64,000 nucleotides of DNA. It comes from Candidatus Binatia bacterium (GTDB lineage Bacteria; Desulfobacterota; Binatia; UBA12015). The position numbers and the translations under genes are program-made. Of the stretch, positions 9,865 through 19,934 are shown piece by piece. Positions within the stretch are counted from its first letter, which is position 1. Each line of letters begins with the position of its first letter. The stretch spans positions 299,212-363,211 of the forward strand of contig JAQWRY010000088.1 of the NCBI GenBank assembly GCA_029243485.1, in the 5' to 3' direction. The notes under the pieces are model-generated. The model was not told where the DNA came from and searched no databases. It saw only the letters and a list, made by a program, of their open reading frames with translations.

Positions 9865-10636
9865 CGCCGGCCGCGTTGTCGGCAAGGTCGCGCTCATTAC
9901 GGGCGCCGCATCGGGACTCGGCGAGGCCGATGCGCATAGACTCGCCGAAGAGGGCGCTCGAGTCGTGCTAACCGACATCAATGTTGCAGCCGGGGAGGCG
10001 GTGGCGCAGGCGTGCGGCGGCGTGTTCCTCGCCCAGGACGTGGGTGACGAGGCGACCTGGCCCAAGGTGATCGAGCAGACCCTTGCCGCGCATGGTCGGC
10101 TCGATGTTCTGGTGAACAACGCTGGGATCGCGCCGATCGGCGACATCGAAACGACGACGGTGGAGGTGTGGCGGAAGACTCTCCGCGTTCATCTCGACGG
10201 GACCTTCTTCGGATGCCACTACGCGATGCCGGCCCTCATCGAGTCGGGCGGTGGTTCGATCATCAACATGTCGTCGATCACCGCGCTGATTGGGCACGCT
10301 CCGTATCTTGCGTACTCCGCGGCAAAAGGCGGGATTCGCAGCATGACGAAATCGATCGCGGCGTACGGCAAGGCGAAGAACCGTCGCGTGCGCTGCAACT
10401 CGATTCATCCGGGGAGTATCTCGACGCCCATGGTGCACCAGGCCATGGAGTCACTGATGGGGGTCAAGTTGACGGAGGCGGAAGATCCTGAAGCCTTGCG
10501 CACCAAGCTCGGGATCGGTGAACCCAACGACGTCGCCAACATGGTTCTGTTCCTGGCGTCCGACGAATCCAAGCATATGAGCGGGGCTGAGCTGGTGATC
10601 GACAATGGCTCCGCCATCACACAGGGGGGGCGATGA
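9854..10636 (+). CDS. Short-chain dehydrogenase/reductase (hydroxysteroid/cyclic alcohol dehydrogenase-like)
   Basis: TGAASGLG, NNAG, YSAAK. Confidence 0.93.
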   Translation: MPSDAGRVVGKVALITGAASGLGEADAHRLAEEGARVVLTDINVAAGEAVAQACGGVFLAQDVGDEATWPKVIEQTLAAHGRLDVLVNNAGIAPIGDIETTTVEVWRKTLRVHLDGTFFGCHYAMPALIESGGGSIINMSSITALIGHAPYLAYSAAKGGIRSMTKSIAAYGKAKNRRVRCNSIHPGSISTPMVHQAMESLMGVKLTEAEDPEALRTKLGIGEPNDVANMVLFLASDESKHMSGAELVIDNGSAITQGGR

Positions 10637-11082
10637 ACATCTCGGGACTGACCCACGTGAACGTCAACTGCAGCGACTTCGATCGTTCGCTCGCCTTCTA
10701 CGAGCGCCTCGGATTTGAGGTCCTGGTGAACGTGCCGCCGACTAACACGCCAGAGGTCGCGGCGGCCGTCGGTATGCCGCCGTACCGAGTGAAGGGTGCG
10801 CTGCTCATCCTAAGTGGTGCCGCGACCCCGTTTGTCATCGATCTACTCGAGTGGCAGGAGCCGAACGATCCGGCGGCGCCGTATGCGCACCTCTACCACC
10901 TCGGCATCGGACGAATCGCGCTCGCAACGCAGGACCTCGACGCCGACGTGGCGGAGCTGAAGGCCCACGGCGTGGAATTCCTTTCCGAGCCGGTATCGGT
11001 GGAACTCGATGGCCGTCCCGCCGCCACGCGGTTCGTGTGCTTCAAGGATCCCGACGGGACGATTTTGGAGCTCGTGCAGTAG
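10633..11082 (+). CDS. VOC/glyoxalase family protein
   Basis: HVNVNCSDFDRSLAFYERLGF...FKDPDGTILELVQ; ATGA overlap with the SDR. Confidence 0.92.
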   Translation: MNISGLTHVNVNCSDFDRSLAFYERLGFEVLVNVPPTNTPEVAAAVGMPPYRVKGALLILSGAATPFVIDLLEWQEPNDPAAPYAHLYHLGIGRIALATQDLDADVAELKAHGVEFLSEPVSVELDGRPAATRFVCFKDPDGTILELVQ

Positions 11083-11100
11083 CGCGCCGCGGCGGATTAC

Positions 11101-12324
11101 TCAGGTCCGATCGAGCCCGAGCATCTTGATCGCGTTGCCGCGCACCACCTTGTAGGCGATGTCGTCGGGAACACCCTGCAGCATCTCCTTCACGGCGGCG
11201 ACGGTATGGGGCCAAGACGTATCGGTGTGGGGGTAGTCGGTCTCGAAGCAGATCTGGTCGACGCCGAGCGCGTCGAGGTTCTTCATGCCGTGGTAATCCG
11301 ACGTGAAGCAGCCGTACACGCGCCCGTAGTAGAAGGAGGACGGCTTGTCGGCGAGGAGGTTCTTGTTGCCCATCCATCCGTCGTGGTGTTCCCACACGTA
11401 GTCGGCGCGCTCGAGCGCGTAGGGGATCCAGCCGACTTGTCCCTCGGAGTAGGCGATCTTCAGCTTTGGGAAACGCGGCATGATGCTGAACAGGTATTCC
11501 GCGAGCGACGTCATCGAGTTGTTGAAAGAGATCGTCGCCTTCGCAGCGCCGGGAGCGTCCGGCGAACCCGACGGGTCGGTCGACGACGAGCCGACGTGCA
11601 TGCACACGACGGTGGCCGTCTCCTCGCAGATGCGGAACATCGGATCCCAGTATCCGCTGTGGATGCTCGGAAGGCCGAGATGGCTCGGGATCTCGCTGAA
11701 GCAAACGGCGCGCACGCCCCGCTTGGCGTTGCGCTCGATCTCTTCGACCGCGAGATCGACGTCCCACAGCGGCATGATGGCAAGGGGGATGTTCATCCCG
11801 CCCGACGGCTCGCACCACTCCTCGACCATCCAGTCGTTGTAGGCGCGGACGCAGGCGAGACCGAGCTCTTTGTCGTCACCTTCTTTGAACGTCTGTCCGC
11901 AGAAGCGCGGGAAGGTGGGGAAGGGGAGCGACCCGTCGACCCAGTTCTGCTTGAACTCCTCGATGCGCGCGTCGCGGTCGTAACAGCCGGGGCGCATGTC
12001 GTCGTAGGTCATCGCGGTCATCGTCATCTTCGACCGGTCGAACTTGGACTTGTCGCCGCCCGGCGTCGCCTCGAGGGGGATCGCGACGTGACGCTTGTGC
12101 ACGTAGATCAGCTTGTCCTCGTAGAGCCATGCGTCGCCCCATTCTCCCTCGGGGTCGAGAGGATTCTTGTACTTCGCGCCCTTCTCGAGGGTGAACTTCC
12201 CGAAGCGCTCGCGCGTGATCCGCGGCCCTTTTTCCCGGTACTTCTTGGGCAGCCACGCCTGCCACACGTGGGCTGGCTCGACCACGTGATCGTCTACGCT
12301 GATGATCTTCGGGAGCTGTTCCAT
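11101..12324 (-). CDS. Amidohydrolase-2 family protein
   Basis: ISVDDHVVEP, CVRAYNDW, MHVGS, GWIPY, FETDYPHTD, GNA. Confidence 0.93.
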   Translation of the reverse strand: MEQLPKIISVDDHVVEPAHVWQAWLPKKYREKGPRITRERFGKFTLEKGAKYKNPLDPEGEWGDAWLYEDKLIYVHKRHVAIPLEATPGGDKSKFDRSKMTMTAMTYDDMRPGCYDRDARIEEFKQNWVDGSLPFPTFPRFCGQTFKEGDDKELGLACVRAYNDWMVEEWCEPSGGMNIPLAIMPLWDVDLAVEEIERNAKRGVRAVCFSEIPSHLGLPSIHSGYWDPMFRICEETATVVCMHVGSSSTDPSGSPDAPGAAKATISFNNSMTSLAEYLFSIMPRFPKLKIAYSEGQVGWIPYALERADYVWEHHDGWMGNKNLLADKPSSFYYGRVYGCFTSDYHGMKNLDALGVDQICFETDYPHTDTSWPHTVAAVKEMLQGVPDDIAYKVVRGNAIKMLGLDRT

Positions 12325-12639
12325 GAGGTAGACGATACACGACAGGGTCGGATTTCAACATGCATCCAATGGGAGCTGTGGCGCTCGGCCCGGCTGATGC
12401 TCATGGGCGAGTTCGGATCATGCCCCAAGAGGCAGCGTCTACCATGGTTCGAACTCCCGAGGGGAGAGCGCTGGGGCCTCGTCGAGCAGGGCTGGCGCCG
12501 CGGCTCTCGATATGGGGTTTTCCTTGCCCGGAGCTCGACAGCCGATTCCTCGGCGTTGGGTGCTGGTTAACGGTCGGCCCCGCGTTGAGGGATCGTCGCA
12601 GCGGCCATCGCTAGCCAGGACATTGCCGACGGCAAGGGG

Positions 12640-14163
12640 TCAGCCCTCCGGGGCCCAGTCCGGCGAGACGCGGTACGCCCGGTACACGTTCACAGAGAGT
12701 GTACCGGTCGGCAATTGCAGGGTGATCAGCGGTTCGAACGGAGATACGAACTCCCAAACGATCTCTCCGTCGCGCGTGACCTCGAACATGCGTCCGGAGT
12801 TGCCCTCATCGATGAACGTGTTGCCGCCCGGCAGCCGCTGCGAGCTGCTCAGGTTGAACGCATAGAAGCGCGGCGTGCCGTCCGCTCCTGCGGTCGGCTG
12901 CTCGTACGACCACACGGCCTCCCGGGTTGCGGGGTCGACTTCTAGAATGCGGGAGTAGCCGCGGTCGTACAAATTGCTGGTGAGCGCGCCGCTCGCGTCC
13001 CGACCGAAGCCGGCCGCACTGCCGTTGTCGAAGACCAGGATGTTCCCTTCGCCGGGCAAGCCAAAGGGGATCATGTGCGGGTGGTGCTGGCCGCTGATCG
13101 GCCCGAAGGTGACGTCGTCGAAGTACGGACCAAGTCGCCAGACCACGTTCCCCGCCGACCAGTCGCCGTCCGGGTGGTCGTGCCGCGCGACGATGAACAG
13201 GAGGGCCCCTTGCCGAGAGCCCACCAGCACGTTGTCGGGATGAAATCGCTCGTCGCACTCGCTCGAGCCGGGCTCGCGGCAATGACGGTTCGGGCCGAGG
13301 TACGAGACCGCGTTCAAGAGGAGCCAGCCCTGGCCAGGAGGAGCGGGGACGTCCGGAGGGGCGAGGCCGCCAGCGAACAACGTGATAGCCGCGCGCGCGT
13401 CGGCATCGAAGCCCAGCTCGTCGATGTGGTCTGCGCCGAGCCACTCCCACAAGAGCGTTTTTCCGTCCGCCGCCATCTCGACGATCGACTCTTCGCCGAC
13501 GTCCATGCCGCCGACTGCCGCCGATTGCTCCGGTGTCAGGTCGGCGTGGGCGAGGAACAGAACGCGACCGTCGCCGCGGCTCTCCGTGATCTCGGGAGTC
13601 CAATAGACAGGGGTGTTCCACACCTGAAGGTCGTGGTGGGCGAGGGCCGACGGCCGCCCTTCATCGGTCGTTCCGTATTGCAGAGGGTTCAGCTCGCCAC
13701 CGCACTCCGCTCCGGGGGGCGCTTCGTTGGGCCATACGGCGCCACCGTCCCAATCAAGGATGGCGACGCAAGGGGAGCGGAAGTCGACGAGGCTAGGGAG
13801 TGTCGTCGGGCCGGGGTGCTCGATCGTTCCGAGTACGTGGCCAGGCTCGGGCATGGGCTCGCCATCGGCTCCGCTCGTCGACCAGGAGTTGAGAAACCGC
13901 CCGAGTCCATCGACGAGATACAAGCCCGAGTCCTCGGCGGAGAGGACGTTGAAGAGCGTGTATCGCGTCTCCGCCGGCGCGCCGTCACTGAGTGTCACGC
14001 ACGCGGTCGACGTCTCCGGGGAGCATCCGGAGAGGTCGCGACGTGCGATCGGCTCTGTCGGCTCGAGCGGCTGCTCGTCCGTTGCGATCGTCGTGTCGGA
14101 ACAGCCGGTTGCGAGAAGAGACGCTGCGACGCAGAGGAGAAGGCTCGATTGGAGGGGCGTCAC
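12640..14163 (-). CDS. Arylsulfotransferase (ASST)-like beta-propeller lipoprotein
   Basis: Lipobox LATGC; AHHD, NAVSY, GQHHPH, LVFDNG, YSRILE, SSSQRLPGGNTFIDEG, GEIVWEFVSP, VYRAYR. Confidence 0.85.
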   Translation of the reverse strand: MTPLQSSLLLCVAASLLATGCSDTTIATDEQPLEPTEPIARRDLSGCSPETSTACVTLSDGAPAETRYTLFNVLSAEDSGLYLVDGLGRFLNSWSTSGADGEPMPEPGHVLGTIEHPGPTTLPSLVDFRSPCVAILDWDGGAVWPNEAPPGAECGGELNPLQYGTTDEGRPSALAHHDLQVWNTPVYWTPEITESRGDGRVLFLAHADLTPEQSAAVGGMDVGEESIVEMAADGKTLLWEWLGADHIDELGFDADARAAITLFAGGLAPPDVPAPPGQGWLLLNAVSYLGPNRHCREPGSSECDERFHPDNVLVGSRQGALLFIVARHDHPDGDWSAGNVVWRLGPYFDDVTFGPISGQHHPHMIPFGLPGEGNILVFDNGSAAGFGRDASGALTSNLYDRGYSRILEVDPATREAVWSYEQPTAGADGTPRFYAFNLSSSQRLPGGNTFIDEGNSGRMFEVTRDGEIVWEFVSPFEPLITLQLPTGTLSVNVYRAYRVSPDWAPEG

Positions 14164-14552
14164 AGGTCATACGTACCACAGGGTCTGTCGAGTGCCGTAG
14201 CGGTGCGGACCCCGCGACACCTTGGCGCCACCGAACCGAGCGCGCTCACTTCGGGGGGAGGCTGCGCCCTCCGGGCGGCTTCGTCATGAGACGGCCTCTC
14301 GAGAGCCGCCGCGCAGCACCCAGACGAGCAGCCGCGCGACGCTCTCTCGAGCGCCGCGCGGCCTTCGCGGAGGCCCAGTGCCTCCAAGCTCGGAGGACAC
14401 CGTCCCCGGTGAGCATCGCTTTGAATCCGGCCGCGTCCTTCTGCGGATACCCTGAACCACCGTAGCCGGCCCGCCGGTCACCTCGTTCACGCAATGGACG
14501 TCGATCCCGGTGCGCGTGTTGTGGTTGGTTTTGAAGCCGCTCGCCACCCGAC

Positions 14553-16883
14553 TCAATTCGGCGAATCCTCCCCGTCCGCGGGTTCGTCGGACTCGCTCGC
14601 GTCCTCGGGCGGCGCCGCGTCTTCCGCGTGCGACGCGGCGGGTGGCGCGGGCTCCTCTCGTGCTTCCCGGAGACGCACGTCCTGGCAGGCGGCCACGAGG
14701 GCGACGATCGGCAGGCGGGCGAGCGTCGAAGGCAAGTCCCGGCCGAACGGATCCTCGAGATGCATTCCCGCAATCCGTAGCGGGAAATAGACGAGCGCGG
14801 CATCCCAAGAGAGACGGATGACCTCGTCGAGGTCCGGCTCCTGCGCGACCTCGACCGCCGCATCAATCCGGAAGTCGTCGCTCAGGCGGCGCTCGAGTCG
14901 CGAACGAAGGCGCTCCGCGTCGGGCTCGCTCGACGGCGCGATGACCCGCAGAGAGGCGTCTTCCCAATCCGCGGTTCGCGTCATGAGGTGGGCGAGAAGC
15001 AGGCAGAGGCGTGAAGACTCATCGTCGAACCACCAGATATCGATTCGACGCTGGTCGGGCGCGAGTTCGCCGAGGCGGAGCCAGGCCGTCTCGCCCGTAT
15101 CGAGAACGACAACATGTTGGCCGAGCTTTACGGCACCCGCAAGCATGCGGCCGTACCAGAGCTGCGCGCTGGAGCCTGCCTCGGAGATCGCTTCGAGCCA
15201 GTTGACCAAGACGGTGTTCGACCGGAGCGGCCCCACGCCCCACGCTTGAACGAGCGTCGACATGCCAGTGCGGACGTCGGGGGCCGCGACGGCTAGCGGG
15301 TAGACGTCGTGCTCGTGCTCTTCGATCTCCGCTCGGAGTTCCGCCTCCGCCTCGGCACAACGCCGTTGCGATTCCTCAGAGAGCCCCTCGCCCTCGATGA
15401 GAACGGCCGCCGTGACGATTCCCGAGTTGCCTGCGATCCACGAGCCGAACTGCAATACGCGCTCGCGGCGCTCGAGGCCATGTGTGAACGCCAGGATTTG
15501 AGGCTGCCAATCGGTAGGTCCCTCGGGCTCTGCTGCGATCTCGCGCAGCCCCTCTCGGACGCGCCGGAATTGGTACGCACGGCGGCTGTCGCGCCAGCGC
15601 GCGGGGACCGCGGTGCGACGGACATACTGGTAGATGGCGGCAATCACGGTGGTGGCGATCACGCCGGAGACCGGGTCGATTGCGAGCATGACGATCCCGC
15701 AGAGCGCCGTTCCGGCGAGGCTGGCGTGCGCGTGGAAGAATCCGAAGCGCGGGCGGAACGAGGGGCTCGCCGCGGTGGCCTCGACGTACGTAGCGTAGTT
15801 CAGCAGCCCGTAGGAGATGAGGAAGAACATCGATACGAGGCCGGCGATCAGGTTGAGGTTGCCGGCCGCGATCGTGACCCCGGCGATGACTGCGGTGAGG
15901 AGGATCGCCCTGCGCGGGTTCCCCGAGGGGCCGTGTCCGACGGCGAACGGGGTGAGGCGCAAGAAGATTTGGTCGGCCGCGAGCGCCTGAAGAATTCGGG
16001 GCGCACCGAGGAACGAAGCGAGTGCGGACGACAGCGTTGCGGCGAGAACGCCCGCGGCGATCAGCCAGGGTACGAGCGCGATGTGCTTTAGCGCGGCGGA
16101 CTCGTTCGCCAGAGTCGTCAACGGGGATGTCGACCCAAGGAGTAGGATCGTCGCGGCGTAGACGACGGTCGAAAGCCCGACCGCGGCGAACGTCCCCGTG
16201 GGGAGGCTGCGCGCGGGGTCTTTCAAATCCCCGGACATGCTCACCCCTTGGGTGAACCCCGTCACCGCGGGGAAGAAGATTGCGAACAGCACCCAGAACC
16301 CCGGGCCTCCGTCGGCCGCGGTCCAGTTTGCCCGAAGCATCTCACCGCTCACGGCGGGCACGCCGCCCGCGAAGAGGGAGATCATGGCCCCGACGAGGAG
16401 GACCATGATCACGTACTGAAAGCGCGTCGCGAGATCGGCGCCGAGATAGGCGAGCATCAGAAGGAGCGCCGCCGCTCCGCCGGCGACCGCCTTCTCCGGC
16501 AGAGCGGCGGCTTCCGGCGAAAGACCGGAGACGCCCTCCGCGAAACCGACGCAGTAAAACCCGACCGAGACCGCTTGTGCGACGAATAGTACGAGCCCGA
16601 GTGCGCCGCCGAACGACACACCGAGGCTGCGTGAGATCAGATAGTAGTCGCCGCCGCCGCGCACCCGGCGGTTGGTCGCAATCGCAGACAGAGAGAGGCT
16701 CGTCAGCGTGGATATCGTGGTTGCCAAGGCCAGGATGAGCAGCGCCTGGGCCACGCCGCCGCTCCCGACGACGAACCCGACCCGCAGGAAAAGGATCAGT
16801 CCGAGAATGGTGAGAATGCTCGGCGTGAAGACTCCGCCGAACGTCCCGAGTGTGCCGCGCGACGCTGCCATCGAAGGTGTCAT
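14553..16883 (-). CDS. SLC12/CCC-type cation-chloride cotransporter (amino-acid permease superfamily)
   Basis: LGTFGGVFTPSILTILG, LSAIATN, GGGDYYLISRSLG, FFPAVTG, SGDLKDP, cytosolic C-terminal domain (WQPQIL, IDIWW); start ATG 16883 or 16871. Confidence 0.9.
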   Translation of the reverse strand: MTPSMAASRGTLGTFGGVFTPSILTILGLILFLRVGFVVGSGGVAQALLILALATTISTLTSLSLSAIATNRRVRGGGDYYLISRSLGVSFGGALGLVLFVAQAVSVGFYCVGFAEGVSGLSPEAAALPEKAVAGGAAALLLMLAYLGADLATRFQYVIMVLLVGAMISLFAGGVPAVSGEMLRANWTAADGGPGFWVLFAIFFPAVTGFTQGVSMSGDLKDPARSLPTGTFAAVGLSTVVYAATILLLGSTSPLTTLANESAALKHIALVPWLIAAGVLAATLSSALASFLGAPRILQALAADQIFLRLTPFAVGHGPSGNPRRAILLTAVIAGVTIAAGNLNLIAGLVSMFFLISYGLLNYATYVEATAASPSFRPRFGFFHAHASLAGTALCGIVMLAIDPVSGVIATTVIAAIYQYVRRTAVPARWRDSRRAYQFRRVREGLREIAAEPEGPTDWQPQILAFTHGLERRERVLQFGSWIAGNSGIVTAAVLIEGEGLSEESQRRCAEAEAELRAEIEEHEHDVYPLAVAAPDVRTGMSTLVQAWGVGPLRSNTVLVNWLEAISEAGSSAQLWYGRMLAGAVKLGQHVVVLDTGETAWLRLGELAPDQRRIDIWWFDDESSRLCLLLAHLMTRTADWEDASLRVIAPSSEPDAERLRSRLERRLSDDFRIDAAVEVAQEPDLDEVIRLSWDAALVYFPLRIAGMHLEDPFGRDLPSTLARLPIVALVAACQDVRLREAREEPAPPAASHAEDAAPPEDASESDEPADGEDSPN

Positions 16884-17076
16884 ATCAGTGGGGCCGGAAA
16901 GCCCAATGACCGCGAGCCGTTTTCCCGATTCTTCTTTTCCCGACCAGCCCGATCGGCCGGTCGGTTCGGCCGGTTCGGCCGGGGGGGGGGTGAGGGGCGT
17001 GATTGACCGGCGTCGCGGTTCCGGGCTACCCAACGTAGACGGCGAATGTTCCCTGGACAGACGAGGCAAACAACTC

Positions 17077-18843
17077 ATGAAGATCGAAGCTCTGAAGCGC
17101 AGCGGGCTTGCCCTGCTTCTCCTCCTCCTCGTCTCCGGCTTCACCGCTGGTTGCGGCTCGGATTCCACATCGGGAACGACGACGTCCGGACCGCCGGTGG
17201 AAGTGCCGCCCGATCCCGATCCCGATCCCGATCCCGATCCAGAGCCGAAACCAGAACCGGATCCGAACGGGTGCGACGAGTCGTTCGACGGCGCCTACGA
17301 CGCGATCCAGAACGTCATCTTCGAACGACATGGCTGCACGGCACAGGCGTGTCACGGCAGCAGCGCTGCCGGTGGCCTCGAACTCACTGCGGACGTTTCC
17401 TACGACAACCTCGTCCGAGCCGACTCGGTTGGGAGCAGCCTACGTCGCGTCGAGCCGACGAGGGTGAAGGATAGCTACCTCTTTCATAAGCTGGCTTCTG
17501 CGACCGACCCGTCGCTCGTGACGATCGACATCGCCGGGAGCCCGATGCCGCTGTCCGGTGGGGCGCTGTCGCCAGAGGAGCTCGACGCCGTGCGATTGTG
17601 GATCGAGGGCGCGGCCCCGCGCGAAGGCTCGATCGGTGACGAGTTCGGTGGCAACCGCGTCGCCGAGCTGCTCGACACTTGCCTGCCGGATCCCGACCCC
17701 GTCGTGATCGAACCCCTCGAGCCGCCCGCTGCAGGGACCGGTGTCCAGATGGCGATGCCCCCGCATCAGATCCCGGGCGGAGCCGAGTTCGAAGTCTGCT
17801 TTGCTGAGTACATCGATTTCCGGGAACAGATTCCGGAGGAGTTCCGCACCGCCGACGGCAACTTCTTCTTTGCGAACGGCAGCTTGAATCTGGCCGACCC
17901 GAACACGCATCACATGACGATCAGCTACTCCGGCTTCGGCGCCGAAATGGTCGACGCGCCCGAGTTCGGGCGTTGGGAATGCGCGGCAGGCCCGCTCGAG
18001 GGCGAGTCGTGTGATCCCCTCGATCCCAGCCACTGCGGCGGTGGGCAATGTCGATCCGAGCTTCAGAACAGCGTGGCCTGCCTGGGCTTCGGGCCGCCGG
18101 GGGGCGGGAGCGGCGTCACCCCCGGAAGCCGGATCAGGACCGGGAACGGGCGCCCCGGCTTCTTCGCCAAGTTGCAGTCGCACGGGATCTTCTACTGGAA
18201 CTCCCACGCCTTCAATCTGACGCCGAAGGACCTGACGCATCACAACTACACCAACATCTACTTCACTGACGATCTCCGCTTCCAGGACGTTGGCTTCCAG
18301 GACACCTCGAACATCGGCATCGCCGCCGGCACGCCGCCCTTCGCGAAGGTGGAGTACTGCGCTGAGCATGTGCTCGCACGCGGCACGGAGCTGTTGAGCC
18401 TCGTCTCGCATACGCACAAGCGAGGCGAGCGGTTCACTATGACTCTCAAGAGCACCGGAGAACTCTTGTACGACAACCCGTTCTGGGACGATCCGGTCTT
18501 CGTCAACTACGACCCGGCGCGGGTGTTCGATTCCGAGGACCCCGACGACCGCACGATCATCTACTGCGCGGTCTACAACAATGGTGTCGCGCCGGACGGT
18601 TCGCCCGACGTGGGCAGCGTCACGCGTCTTTCGCGCAAGCCGGCCCGTTCGAGTTGTCGCCCCGTGGCCTGTGCCGAGGGGTTGGTCGGCGAGCCCTGCG
18701 CCGGCGTGAACGACGACGCAGCATGCGACACGTCACCCGGCGCGGGCGACGGCATGTGTGACGCGTGCTCGATCTCGGGAGGTCTGACCAGTGACGACGA
18801 GATGTTCATCCTGTTGGGATCGACGCTCGAGGTCGTAGGGTAG
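17077..18843 (+). CDS. Lipoprotein with a cytochrome c-like domain and a type II copper monooxygenase (PHM/DbH)-like domain
   Basis: Signal peptide with lipobox FTAGC; PD linker; CTAQACH and MPL; THHM, SHTHKRG, DEMF; Cys-rich inserts; start ATG 17077. Confidence 0.72.
   Translation: MKIEALKRSGLALLLLLLVSGFTAGCGSDSTSGTTTSGPPVEVPPDPDPDPDPDPEPKPEPDPNGCDESFDGAYDAIQNVIFERHGCTAQACHGSSAAGGLELTADVSYDNLVRADSVGSSLRRVEPTRVKDSYLFHKLASATDPSLVTIDIAGSPMPLSGGALSPEELDAVRLWIEGAAPREGSIGDEFGGNRVAELLDTCLPDPDPVVIEPLEPPAAGTGVQMAMPPHQIPGGAEFEVCFAEYIDFREQIPEEFRTADGNFFFANGSLNLADPNTHHMTISYSGFGAEMVDAPEFGRWECAAGPLEGESCDPLDPSHCGGGQCRSELQNSVACLGFGPPGGGSGVTPGSRIRTGNGRPGFFAKLQSHGIFYWNSHAFNLTPKDLTHHNYTNIYFTDDLRFQDVGFQDTSNIGIAAGTPPFAKVEYCAEHVLARGTELLSLVSHTHKRGERFTMTLKSTGELLYDNPFWDDPVFVNYDPARVFDSEDPDDRTIIYCAVYNNGVAPDGSPDVGSVTRLSRKPARSSCRPVACAEGLVGEPCAGVNDDAACDTSPGAGDGMCDACSISGGLTSDDEMFILLGSTLEVVG
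17209..17265 (+). repeat. (CCCGAT)n tandem repeat encoding a Pro-Asp/Pro-Glu linker
   Basis: cccgatcccgatcccgatcccgatcccgatcc followed by PEPKPEPDP codons. Confidence 0.85.
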
Positions 18844-18963
18844 CCCAAGGTTAATTCGCAATCGTTTTGGGCCGGTCACCCGCCGGGTGGTGGTCGCCGA
18901 CATCCGGATGATCGAGCAAGAAGCCGGGTGCTCGGGGCACATCGGGAGTGTGCGCGTATCGAC

Positions 18964-19001
18964 AAAAAAGGGGCGTGGCCACCCGGCCACGCCCCTTTTT
19001 T
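18964..19001. terminator. Bidirectional rho-independent terminator
   Basis: AAAAAAGGGGCGTGGCC-ACCC-GGCCACGCCCCTTTTTT perfect stem with A/T tails, between convergent genes. Confidence 0.92.
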
Positions 19002-19034
19002 CGTCCGAATCGGAATCTAGAAGATCGCGTGTCG

Positions 19035-19754
19035 CTACAGGAATGCGCCGCTCGAGGAAGCGCAACGGATGACGCCGACCTTGCTCTTGGGCAGGGCCGC
19101 GCCTTTGATCTTCGGAACGAAGGCCATGCTTAGGCCGTCATGCGAGACGGCGAGGAGCTTGCCGTAGAAGGCGCCGACCGCGTAGGGCGGTGTCGGTGGG
19201 GCATCGTTCTTGGTGACGACGCTGGTCGACGTGGCGGGCGGGTCGAGGCGGACGATCGCCGCTTTGGGCCCACTGCGCTTGAACTTGGCCTTCACGAAAA
19301 CCTTGGAGCCGTTCGCGAGGCCGATGTCGCTGAACTTGCGGTACGAGCCACCGGCTTCCACCGATAAATCGCCCTGGATGACGACGGCCGCGAGGTGATG
19401 CCGCCCCACAGGAAGACCGCTTCAAAGGAGATTACGCTCGACAGCTTCGTGTGGAAGAGGACTTCGCCTCCGGCGTTGGCCTGGGGGCCGAGCTTGAAGG
19501 AGGCGTAGGTCGTGCCGCGGATCGGAGTTGTGTCGCCGACGAGGACCGCGGTGACGGCAGGGCCGACGCCGGGAATGCCCTACGTAAACACGCCGTCCGA
19601 CCCACCCACAACGGTTGCGAGGAACGCAACGGTGCCGATCGAGCTGGCTTCGGAAATCTTCAGGAACTCGTCGTACACGCCGCCCGCGGCTGCCGGCTGG
19701 CTCATCGCGGCGACGGCAGCGAGGACATAGGAACAGGACAGTCTACCGTTTCAT
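19035..19754 (-). pseudogene. Degraded secreted beta-repeat protein (choice-of-anchor NxxGxxAF-like)
   Basis: RBS GAGGAGG then ATG AAA CGG TAG; frameshifted signal peptide; repeats G.VAF / NAGGEVLF / GD..P..G.Y..F; second in-frame TAG and a frameshift near 19400; ends CASSSGAFL*. Confidence 0.65.
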
Positions 19755-19934
19755 GGTGGGTTTGCCCTCCTCGAGGCACTTCTGTGCGCGGGTGCGCGGG
19801 TTGGGGACATGCGATCGCGACCACCACCCCATAGGCCAAATCCAGAGGCAATGCATTTCTCGTTGCATCTTTGGGGCATTTCCGGCGGTGGGGCTCCGGT
19901 TGAGACCACCTCGTGCAGCGTGTTCTATAGGTGA

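Noticed and set aside
14165-14550. Coding-like intergenic stretch between the ASST and CCC genes (also 12330-12635 and 1-190)
   Set aside because: No recognisable family, RBS or consistent frame; possibly further relics but unsupported
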